A DNA stretch of 63,471 bases, filler included, from Choristocarpus tenellus KU-1152 (lineage: Eukaryota > Protista > Phaeophyceae), in the NCBI GenBank assembly GCA_964200185.2. It is 10 parts of 10 records of this genome, joined end to end, with 100 filler letters (N's around TTAATTAATTAA, not from the genome) between each part and the next. Parts side by side here need not be neighbours in the genome. Positions count along the whole stretch, not along the records: positions 1 to 21,117 come from CAXNAD020000362.1; positions 21,218 to 27,973 come from CAXNAD020007420.1; positions 28,074 to 36,047 come from CAXNAD020005321.1; 7 more parts are not named here. The stretch is one strand, 5' to 3'. Under the pieces are notes generated by a model. It did no database searches. It was given only the letters and a program-made list of their open reading frames with translations, and had not been told where the DNA came from. The translations under genes and the position numbers were made by a program. Positions 15,939 to 28,562 of the stretch are shown here, in pieces (the stretch's first letter is position 1; each line of letters starts with the position of its first letter).

Positions 15939-17408
15939 GACAGTGATTTGCCACTGCCAGCACAACAATAGTGATGACGTCAGATGTTGCCTGATTTTAG
16001 AATCCAACGATGCTAGGAGAACTGGAACTTGCACACTAAGTATTGAGTGCTGTAAGAACGTGAAGGTGGTATGCGTTTGGGGGGTTTTACTGGGAACAGA
16101 GCAGAAATCAACTTGGTGTATTAGCACATGTATAGGTCCCATTTGATAGGTGTGGCGATGAAACGTTTTTAGTATAAAAAAAGAGGTGGAGTTTGGAAAG
16201 CCTTTTCTCTTAGTGTTTTTGTGTGTTTTGGGCATTTTAGTGTTTTTTTTGTAGACTACAATTTTTTTGTGTAGTGTGTTAAGATTTGACCTGGCGGCAA
16301 TGCTCTCACGAAGAATTTTTGGCAAACTCTTGGGAGAGAAACATGCATGCAAGGTGGAAGGCATACCTTGAGACAGGGGTAAGGGTGTAGTGTCGACCAC
16401 TTGAGGAGTCACACACTCAATTGATTAGTGCTTTTCCTATTTACTCCTTTTCCCCATTTGTGGTTAAGGGGCCCAGCTCGTGCGAATATTGAGACAAACA
16501 AGACCCATAATAGTTTCAAGTTTTTTCCTTACATGGTATGTATGGCCCACTTGAAGCAATACATCTGTTTCCTTGCACATTCCATTGATCAGGTCTATGC
16601 ACATCTTCCCTTTGCATGAGATGTGCGCTGCCAATATACACCAGGCTACAACTTCACTTGATACACACTAATATTATACTGAAGTCTCTTTGTGTAACTC
16701 TGTCTTGTTATGTAGAGGCTAGTGGCTGTGTAAGCATAGTAGTTACTGCCATCCTGATTAAGAGGGGATAGCAGGAGATTCCTAATGAAGTCGTAGTAAG
16801 AGAGGGTAGGATACAAACCAGAAGTATCACAGGAAAATCACTGTCCTTGTGAGAGACTAGAGAGTACGTCGCTCAGGGCTTCTCCCAAGGGGACAAGAAT
16901 GCATGTCAACCAGTTGCTCCTGATGATCAAGTTGTAAAAATTGGTGCAAACTGCTAAATTGTTGATCATGAGATAGGTCTAGTAGTGAAGAACATACATT
17001 TGATGTCATTAATCCAAGCTACTGTCCAATAATGACTTTAGAATTAAACTAGTCAAGAGAACAACATACAGATGTTTGATGATCCCAGTAGTGGAAAAAT
17101 GAGAAGGGCGAGGATGAGAGCAAGAGAAGGGCGTAATATGTAAGTCACTCACTAGTGAAGTAACCTATTTATAGATATAACACACTTGGGACATCTTTTT
17201 TTTTTTAATGTCCATCCCAGGAGGTTGAGAGGTAAAGGATCAAAGATTTGTATACTATCGATTGAACAACCTTGGTGCAAGGAAATAACTGACATCTCCA
17301 ACAGTAGTCAGTACCGGGGGCAGGGGCCCACATGTTTGGTGTGATCATGCCACTAGTGGATGGTGAACAGCCCGACAAGGAAATCTTCATTGTGATTGTT
17401 CATTTGCC

Positions 17409-20400
17409 TCAAGTTGCTTGATCATAAACGGGGAGGCTAGGAGGCCCAATATCTTCCATTGATTTCTCATCCCAACTTGTTGACTTAAATAAGCTTGAGC
17501 AGGCCTCTCCCTCTACCTGCAACCACCTCCGAAGACCGTAGTGTGGAATGGTGACTACCACCCCACGGGCCTCGAGCTTCTTACGATTGTACTCTGTTGC
17601 ATAAGCTACTCTCAGTCTCCCCACCAACGAGTCGATGCTCATCAGCCCCCTAAATTCAGTGCGGAGCAAGCTTTCCAAGGCCACGACCATCTGCTCTGAG
17701 TACAAGCCTGCAGTAAGGCTAACAATGATAATCAGGTCTACCGATGGAGTATGTACAAACCTCTTTACCTGTGGAACGCGACACAAGACTCGTTTGTTAG
17801 ACAAAAGGTTTCAGTGGATAGTTCGGGATGGAACATTGCGGTGCCTGTCCAGGGGAGGGTTGCCCAACCACAGTAGAACAAATGCTTTGGGCACAATGAG
17901 TTGGGATACAAAAATGCATAGAAATAAGAATGTACCCCTGTTGTCATGCCTTGCATTCACTCCCCTAACCCCCCCGTACCTTTTCACCCCTGATATGGTG
18001 CTGTAGCATGTCATTGAGGATGAGACGAACCCCTCCCACTGCCGCTGCTGGCGATTTCAACTCTAGGGAGGTGAGGTCCACCACACCTGCCTCCTTGCTT
18101 GCCCAGATAGATGGACCCCTCTGCTCCATGGCGCACGCCATCAACATATTCAATGTCTCAGCATCAGCCCCTTCCTGCGATGCCTGTACCACAAGGGGAA
18201 GGACATCTTGCCTAGTCATTGAGGCTTGAGCATTGTCCAACATGTCCAGTGCCCATGCCACACGTAACCACTTCATATTCCACCTCGAGGGAGTCACCTT
18301 GTGCAGATTTCTATCCGCTGTCAGCTCTGTCCTATGTCCACCTGACCTTACCACAGGTTCTGTCGATACCTCTATCTCTTCCCCAGTAGCTGCTTTGGCT
18401 TCAGCGGAGTCTAGTATCTCCAGTGCTTTTAAAATAGAACCACTCCGCAGGTTCTCTCGGACCAATTTCCAGAGGCTGCTGTTGCCCTTTCCTATCCTCA
18501 CGTTGGGCCAGAGTTGAGTCACTGCTGGCTCTTGACTTTCACCAGCCAACTCTGATGTGCTGGATGTTGCACCATTGCAAATCTCGACGAAATTGGGCTC
18601 GATGCTCGCGATCCCGTGAGCATCTATCCCCCCCTGTCCCCCTGTTGACAGGGTCTCCCAGCTGGTTGCTGTCGCCCACAACTCATCATCCCCCCTACAC
18701 ATAATTCCTCTCCTATGCTCTGCAGTGCCCATGCTGGTGAAAGCGGTTTCCATGCGTTCTTGCTGTCTGGCTGCCGTGAGGGTTGCACCCTGCACAGGCT
18801 TTCCTACTTGAGAAACATTATTGGGGGGAGGTATTGTTCTTGTTAAAGCAGCTATGCAGTCCTTTGTGTGCTCAAGATTATCATCCAGGAACGGAAGGAG
18901 CGCTGATTGTACTAAGGTCAGTCCCCCCTGCATTCTGTTGCTCTTCCCCTCGAGCACCCTGTGGTTGTCTTTCACATGAAAGAGCAAATTGGAGATGGTT
19001 GCAGCGGCCAGATCCCACCTCTCCGCTTTGATGAGAGCCTTCACTGTCTTAACAAACCAGGCAGGTGTCATGTTGCGGGCCAGGGAGCTAGGTCCAAAGC
19101 TTATCCCAATGTCGCCCCTTCTACTGTTTGCATCGCCTCCTTCATCACCATCTTTCCATTGCCCATCCACAAAACCCTTCGCCCCGAGCTTATGTTGGAC
19201 CTGCAGATTATGAGCAAGGACTTCCAGTACACCCTTTGCCCCCACAAAGTCTCCTGCCTCAATGTACGCCGTCATCGCATGGGCCAGGGGCTCTGCAAAG
19301 GCACCCCGGAGGTTTTGGTCACCCGCTTCTGCCAAAAACACATCAAAAGCCCTCGTAGCCTCACTCCAACGGCCTGCTCTGCTGTATGTATCAACGATCA
19401 TGGCACTCAATGGCCACACAGGTATCCTACTGTCTAGGTTGGTGGTGAGGCTCATACCGGCCGTCTTCATTGGATTGGACAACAACCAATGAAAGCAAAA
19501 ATGGAAACATGCATGTGGAATGTGTTAGGGAGGGCTGGGGAGTTGGGGTGAGGAGTAGAGGGTGGGGTAAGGTGGGGTTGGAAAGGGAACCTGATGAATG
19601 GCATGCTGTGATTGTTCCTAACTTGCTGCAATGATGCTTGAAAGCAAGCAAAACTTCTCAATGAGGAGAGGGGGAGAGGGGGAGGGGGGGTGGGGGGTGG
19701 CCAATGTACAAAAAAGCTGAAGATATTTCAAGGCAAAGTTATTAGTCTTCATCATGACCTCTGAATCAGGACAGATCAAGGTGCACTGGGCTTCTTGCAG
19801 AAGGCTAGGTGGACAGAAGATGAGGGTCCCACTGCGTCCTTGGGAGTATGGAACAGACCATGCCACGTAGTCAAGACCATGATGTGCAACCTTCATTGTA
19901 GCCTTCGCCCTTAACTTCCACAGGAGGTTTTCTCAAGGCACAGGCATAGTGATTGAGAGTCAGTGTGTAGGGTGTGCAAGTGCACACGGAGGCGTGTATG
20001 ATCGTGGTCAGGGGTCACGAGTAAGACCTACTGCCGAACACAACACTGGAGTTAAGTCACCTAGACAGGCGGATGGCACCACAAGCGAATGACCTACTGC
20101 ACCAGACAGCTAGCTGCAGGAGAACCGGCAACACTAAAAAACACAATCTGTGAAGGGGAAATGGTTGGGGGCAGAGAGGGCAGCACACCTACCGCATACC
20201 TTCATATCATCGAGCAGCTTCAGCGCCCTTGTGTACGACCGAGCTTCCCAGTTCAGTGTAAAAGCCACTGTATAGTGAATAGCTCCAGGCTCAACATCGT
20301 ACAACCTGGTCATCTCTTCCGTGACCAGGTTTGCAACCTTGCATTGTCCAATCACCACAGGGAATGTCAAATGTGGGTAGGAACGCATGTGATGAGTGAT

Positions 20401-21117
20401 GGGGGATCAAAAGTGTCATCCTGGGAGAGAGGGACGAAGACAGGGCTTGCTCACACACGTTATTCCATTATTATAGCGTTATTATGTTAGGCTTTCCCCT
20501 CTTATTCCCCCTTCGGACGTGTTTGTAGTCACTTGCATCGCTCAGGTACGCCATCAAGAAAAATAGGAAAGGGTTCAAGGCACACTCAAACCTCAACACA
20601 ACACAAGAATATTGTTATTATTATTATTATTAATAATAATAACAATAATAGATACTGGAATCTCAGTGAGATCCAACAATACAATGACTGCAAGAGAGGC
20701 CAAAGTGGGGAGATGCATCAGGAACCGACCCCCTAACCATAGGCTAACAACACCAAGAAAAACTGACCTACTTCCAACCTACGGCATGACACCAACTCTA
20801 AATAAAAACAAAACAAAATAAATCATTTTTTTTTTCACTTCAGCACCGCCTCTCAACGCAAGCAAGCGGGTGGTGCACCCCCCCGCATGTCCTGCCGTAA
20901 AAACACCTTTAGAAACAAAACAAAACAAAAAGACACCTTCAAATACGAACTCCCAACCTTTATGCAGTTGGAGGGGTGTGCCGCTGCCATGGCATAGAGG
21001 AACCAATCCGGTCCAAGGCGAACCCCTTCGTTCCTTGCGGCTGTGAGTATGCCGAGATACCTTTTCCAAACAACCGAACTCGGAACGATAGGGGTGGACA
21101 GAGGGGTAAGAGTCTTG
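17409..21117 (-). CDS. PPR-repeat protein with C-terminal Smr-like domain, 5'-partial; exons >21117-20958, 20337-20200, 19464-17980, 17768-17409
   Basis: PPR-like units EEMTRLYDVEPGAIHYTVAF..RALKLLDDMK|TAG and SAMIVDTYSRAGRWSEATRAFD. The C-terminal VDLTSL..AAAVGGVRLIL...DLIIIV...GRLRV...LRRWL resembles the Smr fold layout. Splice sites are in frame. Truncated by a spacer. Confidence 0.6.
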
Positions 21118-21217
21118 NNNNNNNNNNNNNNNNNNNNNNNNNNNNNNNNNNNNNNNNNNNNTTAATTAATTAANNNNNNNNNNNNNNNNNNNNNNNNNNN
21201 NNNNNNNNNNNNNNNNN
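21118..21217. other. Artificial contig spacer N44-TTAATTAATTAA-N44 (also 27974-28073, 36048-36147, 40129-40228, 43209-43308, 45872-45971, 49455-49554, 52751-52850, 60689-60788)
   Basis: An identical 100-bp structure with stop codons in all six frames occurs nine times. Confidence 0.98.
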
Positions 21218-22175
21218 CTAACACCTTCTTTCTCGTTTCCTTAAGCCCCTCTGGCTCGCATAGCTTCCAAACAGCCAGGGCCTGCTGCAACCGTCGACTA
21301 CTAAGATATTCTACAACCGGGTTTTCGCTTATGCATTTCCTTATCGCAATGGTACGCAGTCACACTGCTCTCCTCCCCAACCTTCCTTTCGGCTGGTCAC
21401 TCTGGTTCTCCCTTCACCCGCATTGACCAGGCTTCCCCACAGACTTCATCCCTGTACCACCTGGTAATGGACTTGCCACTCTCTTCCTGCTTTCCCGAGG
21501 CGGCAGAGACTTCAGAGCACCGCTCTGCAGCGTTTGAAGATCCAACCACGTTTGTGTGGTAATGCTTTCAAGGCAACTTCTCTCTGCGTCAGTGTCTCGG
21601 CCGCGTGGTCCATTTCGCAATTTGATCATACTGCTGAGCTACAGTACACGCACTTTCTCATCACCTAACATTGCACTGAGTGTCACAAGGTACTTGTTTT
21701 TCTGTCCCTTCTCGACAGAGAAGGTGCTGAGGGTAGATCCAGGGGGTAGAGTTGCCTTGGCGGCTCTCCTTGTCTCATCGTCGTGGTTCATGTTGCTATG
21801 TGCGTCACCCGTGTGTGTGCTCATGGCCTGTCTGCAAAAGACGCAAAAAAGATGTCTGCATATCATGCTTTTTTTCTTGGTATTGCCACACGCGCTGTCT
21901 ATAGGCGGTGCTTATCCCTTGATCAGATTTTGGCGGGAAATTCTGCCAACCGCTTCATTTTTGACTTTTTTGAGGTTGTGACCATCAAAATTGCGCCAGA
22001 GATATTCCTCCGCGTTTTGGCCATTAGTTGCATATCTCCCATTCGACGAAGTTTGTACATTTGTACATACAAATCTTCAAAAGCTCTTGACATAAACTTT
22101 CGTTTGATATATATATTGCTGTATACCTCTTTTGGGAATACAGAGAAAAAATGTAAGATTGCTCCAGAGGGGTAA
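21218..22175 (-). pseudogene. Decayed ORF (about 200 codons, 3 in-frame stops) downstream of a transposon-end-like AT-rich leader
   Basis: One frame runs from ATG 21824 to the spacer, interrupted only by TAG (21639), TGA (21414) and one further TGA. The upstream 350 bp has repeated motifs (attgcgccagag/attgctccagag). Family not identified. Confidence 0.4.
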
Positions 22176-22239
22176 GGTACTGGGTACCACTTTATTAGTT
22201 GTCACAAATGTGAAAGACATGAATCTTTTTGCTATTTGC

Positions 22240-22565
22240 TACTATGTTCTACCACTGCCTTTCTGTGTCTCCAACCTACCTATTCCTGCATCCCAGGGTG
22301 TGGAGCTAGGGAAGCATCCCAGGAATCTAACAAGCCCCTCCTTGCCCATCTCCCTGGTGACTCCAGCTAAAAAGCATTACATGTCTAAACAGGGCCACCT
22401 GCGTTGTTACTGAGATTATTTGTCGAAGCCGGGATTTGACCACCCCTTTCCTGCCGTAGCCTCCAGTTCCTCTCCCCCCTACCCTGTGTGTAGCTAGCTC
22501 ATCCAGGAAACGTTCCGCTTGCTTGCCGAGGCGTCCAAAACTTTCCAGTGTGAAGGTGTTGAGGT
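22240..22565 (-). mobile_element. 5'-truncated second copy of the RLE non-LTR element
   Basis: Aligns by eye to about 460-780, e.g. cttgcccatctccctggtg.ctccagct, cgggatttgac, gcttgctt, gaaggtgttgaggt. Confidence 0.85.
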
Positions 22566-22790
22566 TTTAACCACATCTAACCCTCAAATTATATACTATC
22601 GTTGTGAAGTTCACTACCACTACCACCATTACTACCAGTATTGTTGTACTATGTCTGTATTATTATGAATTATTATGCCCTCTGACATTTTGGAGATGTG
22701 CGAGGGGAAAAACTAGTGAAAACTATTCACAAAAGTGAAAAATACCTCAAGAAGTAACAGTTGCCACAAAAGTGAAAAATATCAATCTAT

Positions 22791-22920
22791 TCATGTCACA
22801 ATTTTGGGGTGATTTGTTTGCATACGTCGGATGGATAATGCAAGTGCACCTTCCCTGGTTTTGACCCAAATGGACACACTGGTGTATTCCCCCCCCCCAC
22901 CTCCCTAGATACTTTAGGTC
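22791..22920. mobile_element. MITE family A, partial
   Basis: catgtcacaattttggggtgatttg...aaatggacac...ctagatactttaggtc matches other A copies; one end is missing. Confidence 0.8.
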
Positions 22921-23114
22921 TAAAGCTGAGACCAACTGCTGTCAATTGGTGCAAAGAAATCCAGCCGCAAATTACTTTGTGTTGAGTTAGGAAATAATGC
23001 CGAAAGGTTCGGTTGAATTATCAAAAAAATGAAAATCGCTGAAAATCGTATCAAAATGTTTCTTTTGCGACTGGATTCCTTTGTGCCAATCGATTGCGTA
23101 TGATCTCAGCTTTA
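22921..23114. repeat. About 52-bp inverted repeat pair (foldback / transposon end)
   Basis: taaagctgagaccaactgctgtcaattggtgcaaagaaatccagccgcaaa (22921-) vs reverse complement of 23063-23114, taaagctgagatcatacgcaatcgattggcacaaaggaatccagtcgcaaa. Confidence 0.8.
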
Positions 23115-26100
23115 ATTTGATATGCTGATCAACAATCAGGTCGCCTTACATCACCTCCAAATTAATCAAGACCTGTGATGCTATCATGAAGGTGACTGTT
23201 AACAATATACTGTGCGAGGTTTTCGGAGCTTAACCTTCGCACGCAACTCACTACAGCCTAGATTGTCCACGCAGAACTCGACACAATGGCTGCGGAATTC
23301 CCTCTGTCGAAGGACATGCTGGATATCGTGGTGCGGTCTCTACCTCCAGGCTTCAAGTTTCATGAAAGTCGAAGGCTGAGGTTGGGCAGAGTGTACGCGC
23401 TGATGATTGCGATGTGTCGAGAGGGGGACTCGCGGTTGATCGAGTGGGCCAGTCAATCACTGCGGAACAAGGAATCAAAGAGGGGTCGCGACTGCGACGG
23501 AGAGCATGTATTCTTGGCCAAGATGAATGATGAGGGCTGGGCTTTTAGGCATAACAGTGGAGCTACAATAACAATGAAACGCTTAGGGCTGCACACAGAC
23601 AGATGAGACATGGAGGATCACGACTGTTCTTCTCACGTGAAAAATCTCGTCCTGGGAGAGGAGAAAAAACCCTCCAATCCATATACTGGACGACGGACGG
23701 ACGGATGTCTAAGTAACTTGATTTTAGTGAGGAAAATCGCCCTCTCGCTTATCGCACCACAACCAACTCCAACCTATCAAATAATGTTAGGAGTGATTCA
23801 AGGGTCACATCAACATTTATTTCGATGAAAAACTCTACAAAAACTCCGATCAAAAGTTAGAGGAGGGCAACTTCTGTTCTATGGTAGAGGCGACTGCCAT
23901 CACCTTATCCACAAAACGTCACTATACTTGAATAATCTCTGTTCAATATTTTCTGACTGTTTTTTTTATAGTCATAATATACGGTTGTGTTGTTCACTAA
24001 ATCCTAAACTGAAACCTACTCAAATATTATAACTATAACCTGTAACTTACTTTCCCCGACCTGTTCACCAAACCCCACAATAGAGGATCCCAGACCAACC
24101 TTCGAATCATGCGCACAAACAAGGTGATGAGATTACGTTATACAAGGTATAAAGTTGTGGAGTATTACATATTGCACCCCCTTTGTCCCCACATAGATGG
24201 ACATCGTTAATCAGATTCTGGTCACCACTATCAGTATATATCCAATGGTATTGCCTTTTTCTTGGAACGATGGTATTGCCCTTTCATGTAATCTGCAACC
24301 ATCGATTCCTAATACTATCAAATTGAATGGTATCACGTGCTTGACTGATTTATCATCTTACTCATAAATAACGCCACAGCGTCGGTGCAATGAATCTTGT
24401 GAGGAAGTTGCTGACTGCGCATCTCGATTTAAGATGACCAAGGTCGACGTCTGGACGGGTACCCCATGGAGCAGCAACCGCAGACAAGTCGGGGAAATTA
24501 CTCCAAACATGACCTCACTGCCAGATGCTGAACATTGCAGGCAAAACTCGATACATTACTGTACTGATGTGCCCCCTCAGAAGGAGACCGCCTTGATGGT
24601 GGAGAATCCTGTAGACAACGTGATGGCTGTGTGGATCGAGAATGCGAGACAATGAACCTCACTCCGTCGAAAACCGAGGGATGGTACGAAGGGGCGAAAG
24701 GTCTTGGTAGTTTGCCCAGAGTACCTATTTTAGAGTCACATGGGGCGATGGACAACGGCCAAGGCTTCAGGGAAAGAGGGGGTGGAAGCTGGGGTGACGA
24801 GAACATGGGTAATGACCCTAAACGACTGGGAAAGGGGAAGTTCATAGTGCCGATGGGGGCAAAGGCATGGGGACTCACACAGGGAGGTAGGTGGCTCTGG
24901 AATTCGTTCAGTTGGAGAGAATAGACTTGAGATGAAAATTGTGCAGCATCGGACAAGGGGAAGCCAAATATACTGGCAGGTTGACCACACACATCCCAGT
25001 CTTTACTGAACTAGTCGAGGAAAGAATTTGAAAGTTGATTCTTGAGAGAAGGCGCCTGTAGACGCCAAGTCAGGATTGTATTTCCCAATTTTCAGATAAA
25101 TATGTGATTGCAGGGTGTTGCTGTTGAAGGATAAGACGACAAACATGGGGTTGGAGAAGATGCGTCTAATGGTTCAGTTGCATTGTCCTCTCCTCAGCGT
25201 ATTTTCCCGCATGATCCAAATTGTGGAGATGTTTTTGATTGTACCAGAGTATCTACTCCAGTGGGGTTGACCTGCCTGGATAGTTTGTTGAGTGTGTGAA
25301 GCTATGATGTAAGATACCTTTCAAGGAAAAATATAGTTTGCAAGAGTATGCCCCTCGTACTTACCAAAGAATTATAGATTTTTGCATACCATCGGTTTCG
25401 GTATTGCTGCTGTTGGTTTGATAGCCTAATTTCTTGAATATTGACATTCGTAGTCGTTGATGCAGTCTATATGTTGGTGTATGTTTAGAACTCAGATAGA
25501 GGTATACATCAATCCATGCATCTTGAGTTCACATCCCCCTCTCCCTCTATTCCATCGTAGAGCAGAATAGTATGAGCATTTCTTGATTCCGTATCATGTG
25601 GCCTTACCCCTGTGTTCAAAGCTTCAAGAGCAGGAATAAGAGGAGAGAAAGGGGAACCCTGTTGGGAAAGGGGGGGGGGGATGCAGCACAGATGCACTTG
25701 ATGCCTGTTCTGATGGTTAGCACAACTCAGCTCTGCAGCGTGTAGACTCTGGACACAAGTATATCCAACAAAAGTACATCCAATTCGTTTGGGTGCAGTA
25801 TCAGAGGGACACCATGCTATGGATTGACGGGAAGTCTTTGTTTGCAGGTCATTGTTGACATGCCTACTGTCCATTTATGCTGTGGGTAGATTGTGCCCAG
25901 TACACTTGTTGTCTTTCCTCGCCCTGTTACTGCAACCCCCAATCGGAGCTGTGAAAGTACTTACGGACACAGTATGTCGCACATAACTTTGAGAGTTCAT
26001 TAGTAGTGTATATGTGGTTGTTTCCTTGGTATAGTACAGTGTACCAGCGATCCAACAGCCTGAGCTTTGCCATGTGAGCACTCTTGCTGGTGGACTCAAA

Positions 26101-26355
26101 TGAGCCTCTGTGTGTAGCCGTAACTGTAGTTGAAATTGTTGCCAAGTTACGTGATTAGTGCTACTTCCAGAGCGGTGCTGGGCCAAGTATTGTAAGAGGG
26201 GTTGGGAGGCCTGGGATACTTACTGGCTTTCGTAGATTTTTCCTCTGTAAGAAATCAGTCACAAGTAAACCGATTATAATACTCGTACCACACGGGCAAC
26301 GGTTGGTAAGGCATGACAGTTGAAGTTGTTGATCCCCACAAACCAATGTACTCCC

Positions 26356-26390
<35 letters not shown>

Positions 26391-28562
26391 AACACACACT
26401 ACTCTTGCCACATACAAGGAAACTGACTTGTGGGGCAGGGGGTGTGGGGTGGGGTAGACACTACCTAATGACCCGACCCCTCAAGTGCCTCCACCGACAA
26501 GTCCGTAACTTTCTTTTTTTCTCACCTACTATGCATACTGACTTATGAAACTGTATTCAACTTCACCCTGTAGACACCATCCGAGGCCCGAATCATGCTT
26601 CAACTTTTGCATTTCCACTCCATACAGTACTAGTGCCGACACCATTGACTTGAATACTCGATAAAGTTGAAAATGACCAAATCAACCTAAACAGAAGATC
26701 TACACACATACATTAAATTATGACACGACTAGCTCAAGTCTAGATAAAAGACTTTTTATAAGAGGGGTGAAGGGAGTGGCAGGTAAGTAGGTAGGCAAGA
26801 GACCTCATGATCACCTCATGATGTGGATTGAAGACCACAATCATACAATTCTTACTTTTCAAGATAAACGGGTTGACTAGTACTAACGAACAATTAGAGC
26901 TCATTCCTTCCTCAGAGCGATCGCCAGAGCGATAGCCCCAAACAGACTTATCTCCACCCGACGGAATGTACAAGATCCTCTCTAATTCGTATTATTCTTG
27001 TCACCTATTTCGGTGGAGAGGGGAGGGGGGGGGGGGGGGGGGAGGAAGGGGAAAAAAAAAAAAAAAAAGGAGAAACAGAGGGAAAAAAAAAGAAAACCCT
27101 AGTGAGCACTCTAATACTAAATAATAATAATAATAAATATGATAGTAACATTAGATAGAGGTGTGAGGGACACCATCGTCGAACATCGTAACAAGCACAT
27201 GTGTCAAAATTGGAGGAGAAAATGAGATACACACACACACACACGACGTGCTGTTTTGCTGGGGCGAACATCAATATGCATGTATTTTCAACAAAGAATC
27301 AACAAGTCCTTCTAATACCCACACATAAAAACCATTAAAGAAGGGAGGTTAGCTCAGCACTCGACCGAGGATGTTCCTCTTCAGTCGAGTCGATAAATCA
27401 CCGCTCAATGTTCCCAAAACCACCCCTTCCTCCTTCATTGTTCTATCAACTCTTTCTCCACCCTCAGTCCTCAAGCATTCCATCCCCCTCCAACCCTCCC
27501 CTTCCCAACCTAGCTATCACATAATTGTGCCCCCTCCCTCTTTGCACCACACTTCTTATCCCCCGCCAAGACCTCGAACTACCCCCCAAATCCCTTTCCA
27601 GCTAATGTAATTCATGCCTATATCCCATCCCCCACCACACCATCAACTGTGGCCCCTTCTACTTCCACTCACCAAACAATTCACTTACTCTGGATTACTC
27701 CACCCAGCCCCCACAAATTGCTTCTCATTTTCGCACAAGTTTCTACCACTACAGCACCCCTGCCTATCACCTTTTCTTATCCTCTTCGTCCTTTGAAACT
27801 CCACCTGATCCCCACTGCTTGTTGCCGTCACTGTTGTTATTGCATACAATCAGTGACTGACCATGTATTCCCCCCTGTGTGGTAGCAGACCCCTGCTGTC
27901 CAGAGCACCCCCCCCCCCCCCCCGACAAACACACACACACACACGCACACACAAGAGGTGCCGCTGTGAGATGNNNNNNNNNNNNNNNNNNNNNNNNNNN
28001 NNNNNNNNNNNNNNNNNTTAATTAATTAANNNNNNNNNNNNNNNNNNNNNNNNNNNNNNNNNNNNNNNNNNNNGGAGACGACAAGACAAGCTTCCAACAA
28101 GCTAATATCCTCCACTGGAGCCTATCCAGCAAACAGGTCCTTCAAACCCTACACTGATCCTCTAGTCCATTCCCTCAAGGGGTGGGAACCCTTGATTAGA
28201 AGGATTATCCCTCCCATTATCCCTCCCATCAACATGAAACAAAGGGGAAAAACAACTGTCACAGTTATTCACGCCCCCCCCTCTCAAACATACTCCCAGC
28301 TTACAGACCAAGTATGTACCTCACTTTCACTGCAGTCAATGCCTACTAACTTTACCTCTCCATTCAACCTCCCCAATCCATGTTCCTCTGTCAAACACAC
28401 AAATCATGTCTTAACATGAACACAAGAAGTTAACCACAATTACCACGGGTAAGACTTCCACTGCACCCACAGTCATAGCACCAGAGGCCATGTGATTCAT
28501 GAAATGTGTCGTGACATCCAGAAAGTGTGAGCCCTCCCCACCGACCCCCTCCCCCCCAAGAA

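Noticed and set aside
21414-23606. In-frame TGA codons as selenocysteine or readthrough
   Set aside because: They are mixed with TAG, have no selenoprotein context and no SECIS was seen; pseudogene decay is simpler.
27345-27410. Possible box C/D snoRNA or hairpin (ctcgaccgagg...cagtcgag)
   Set aside because: The box C is non-consensus, and the same bases read as an open minus-strand frame end (LSTRLKRNILGRVLS*). Neither interpretation can be supported.
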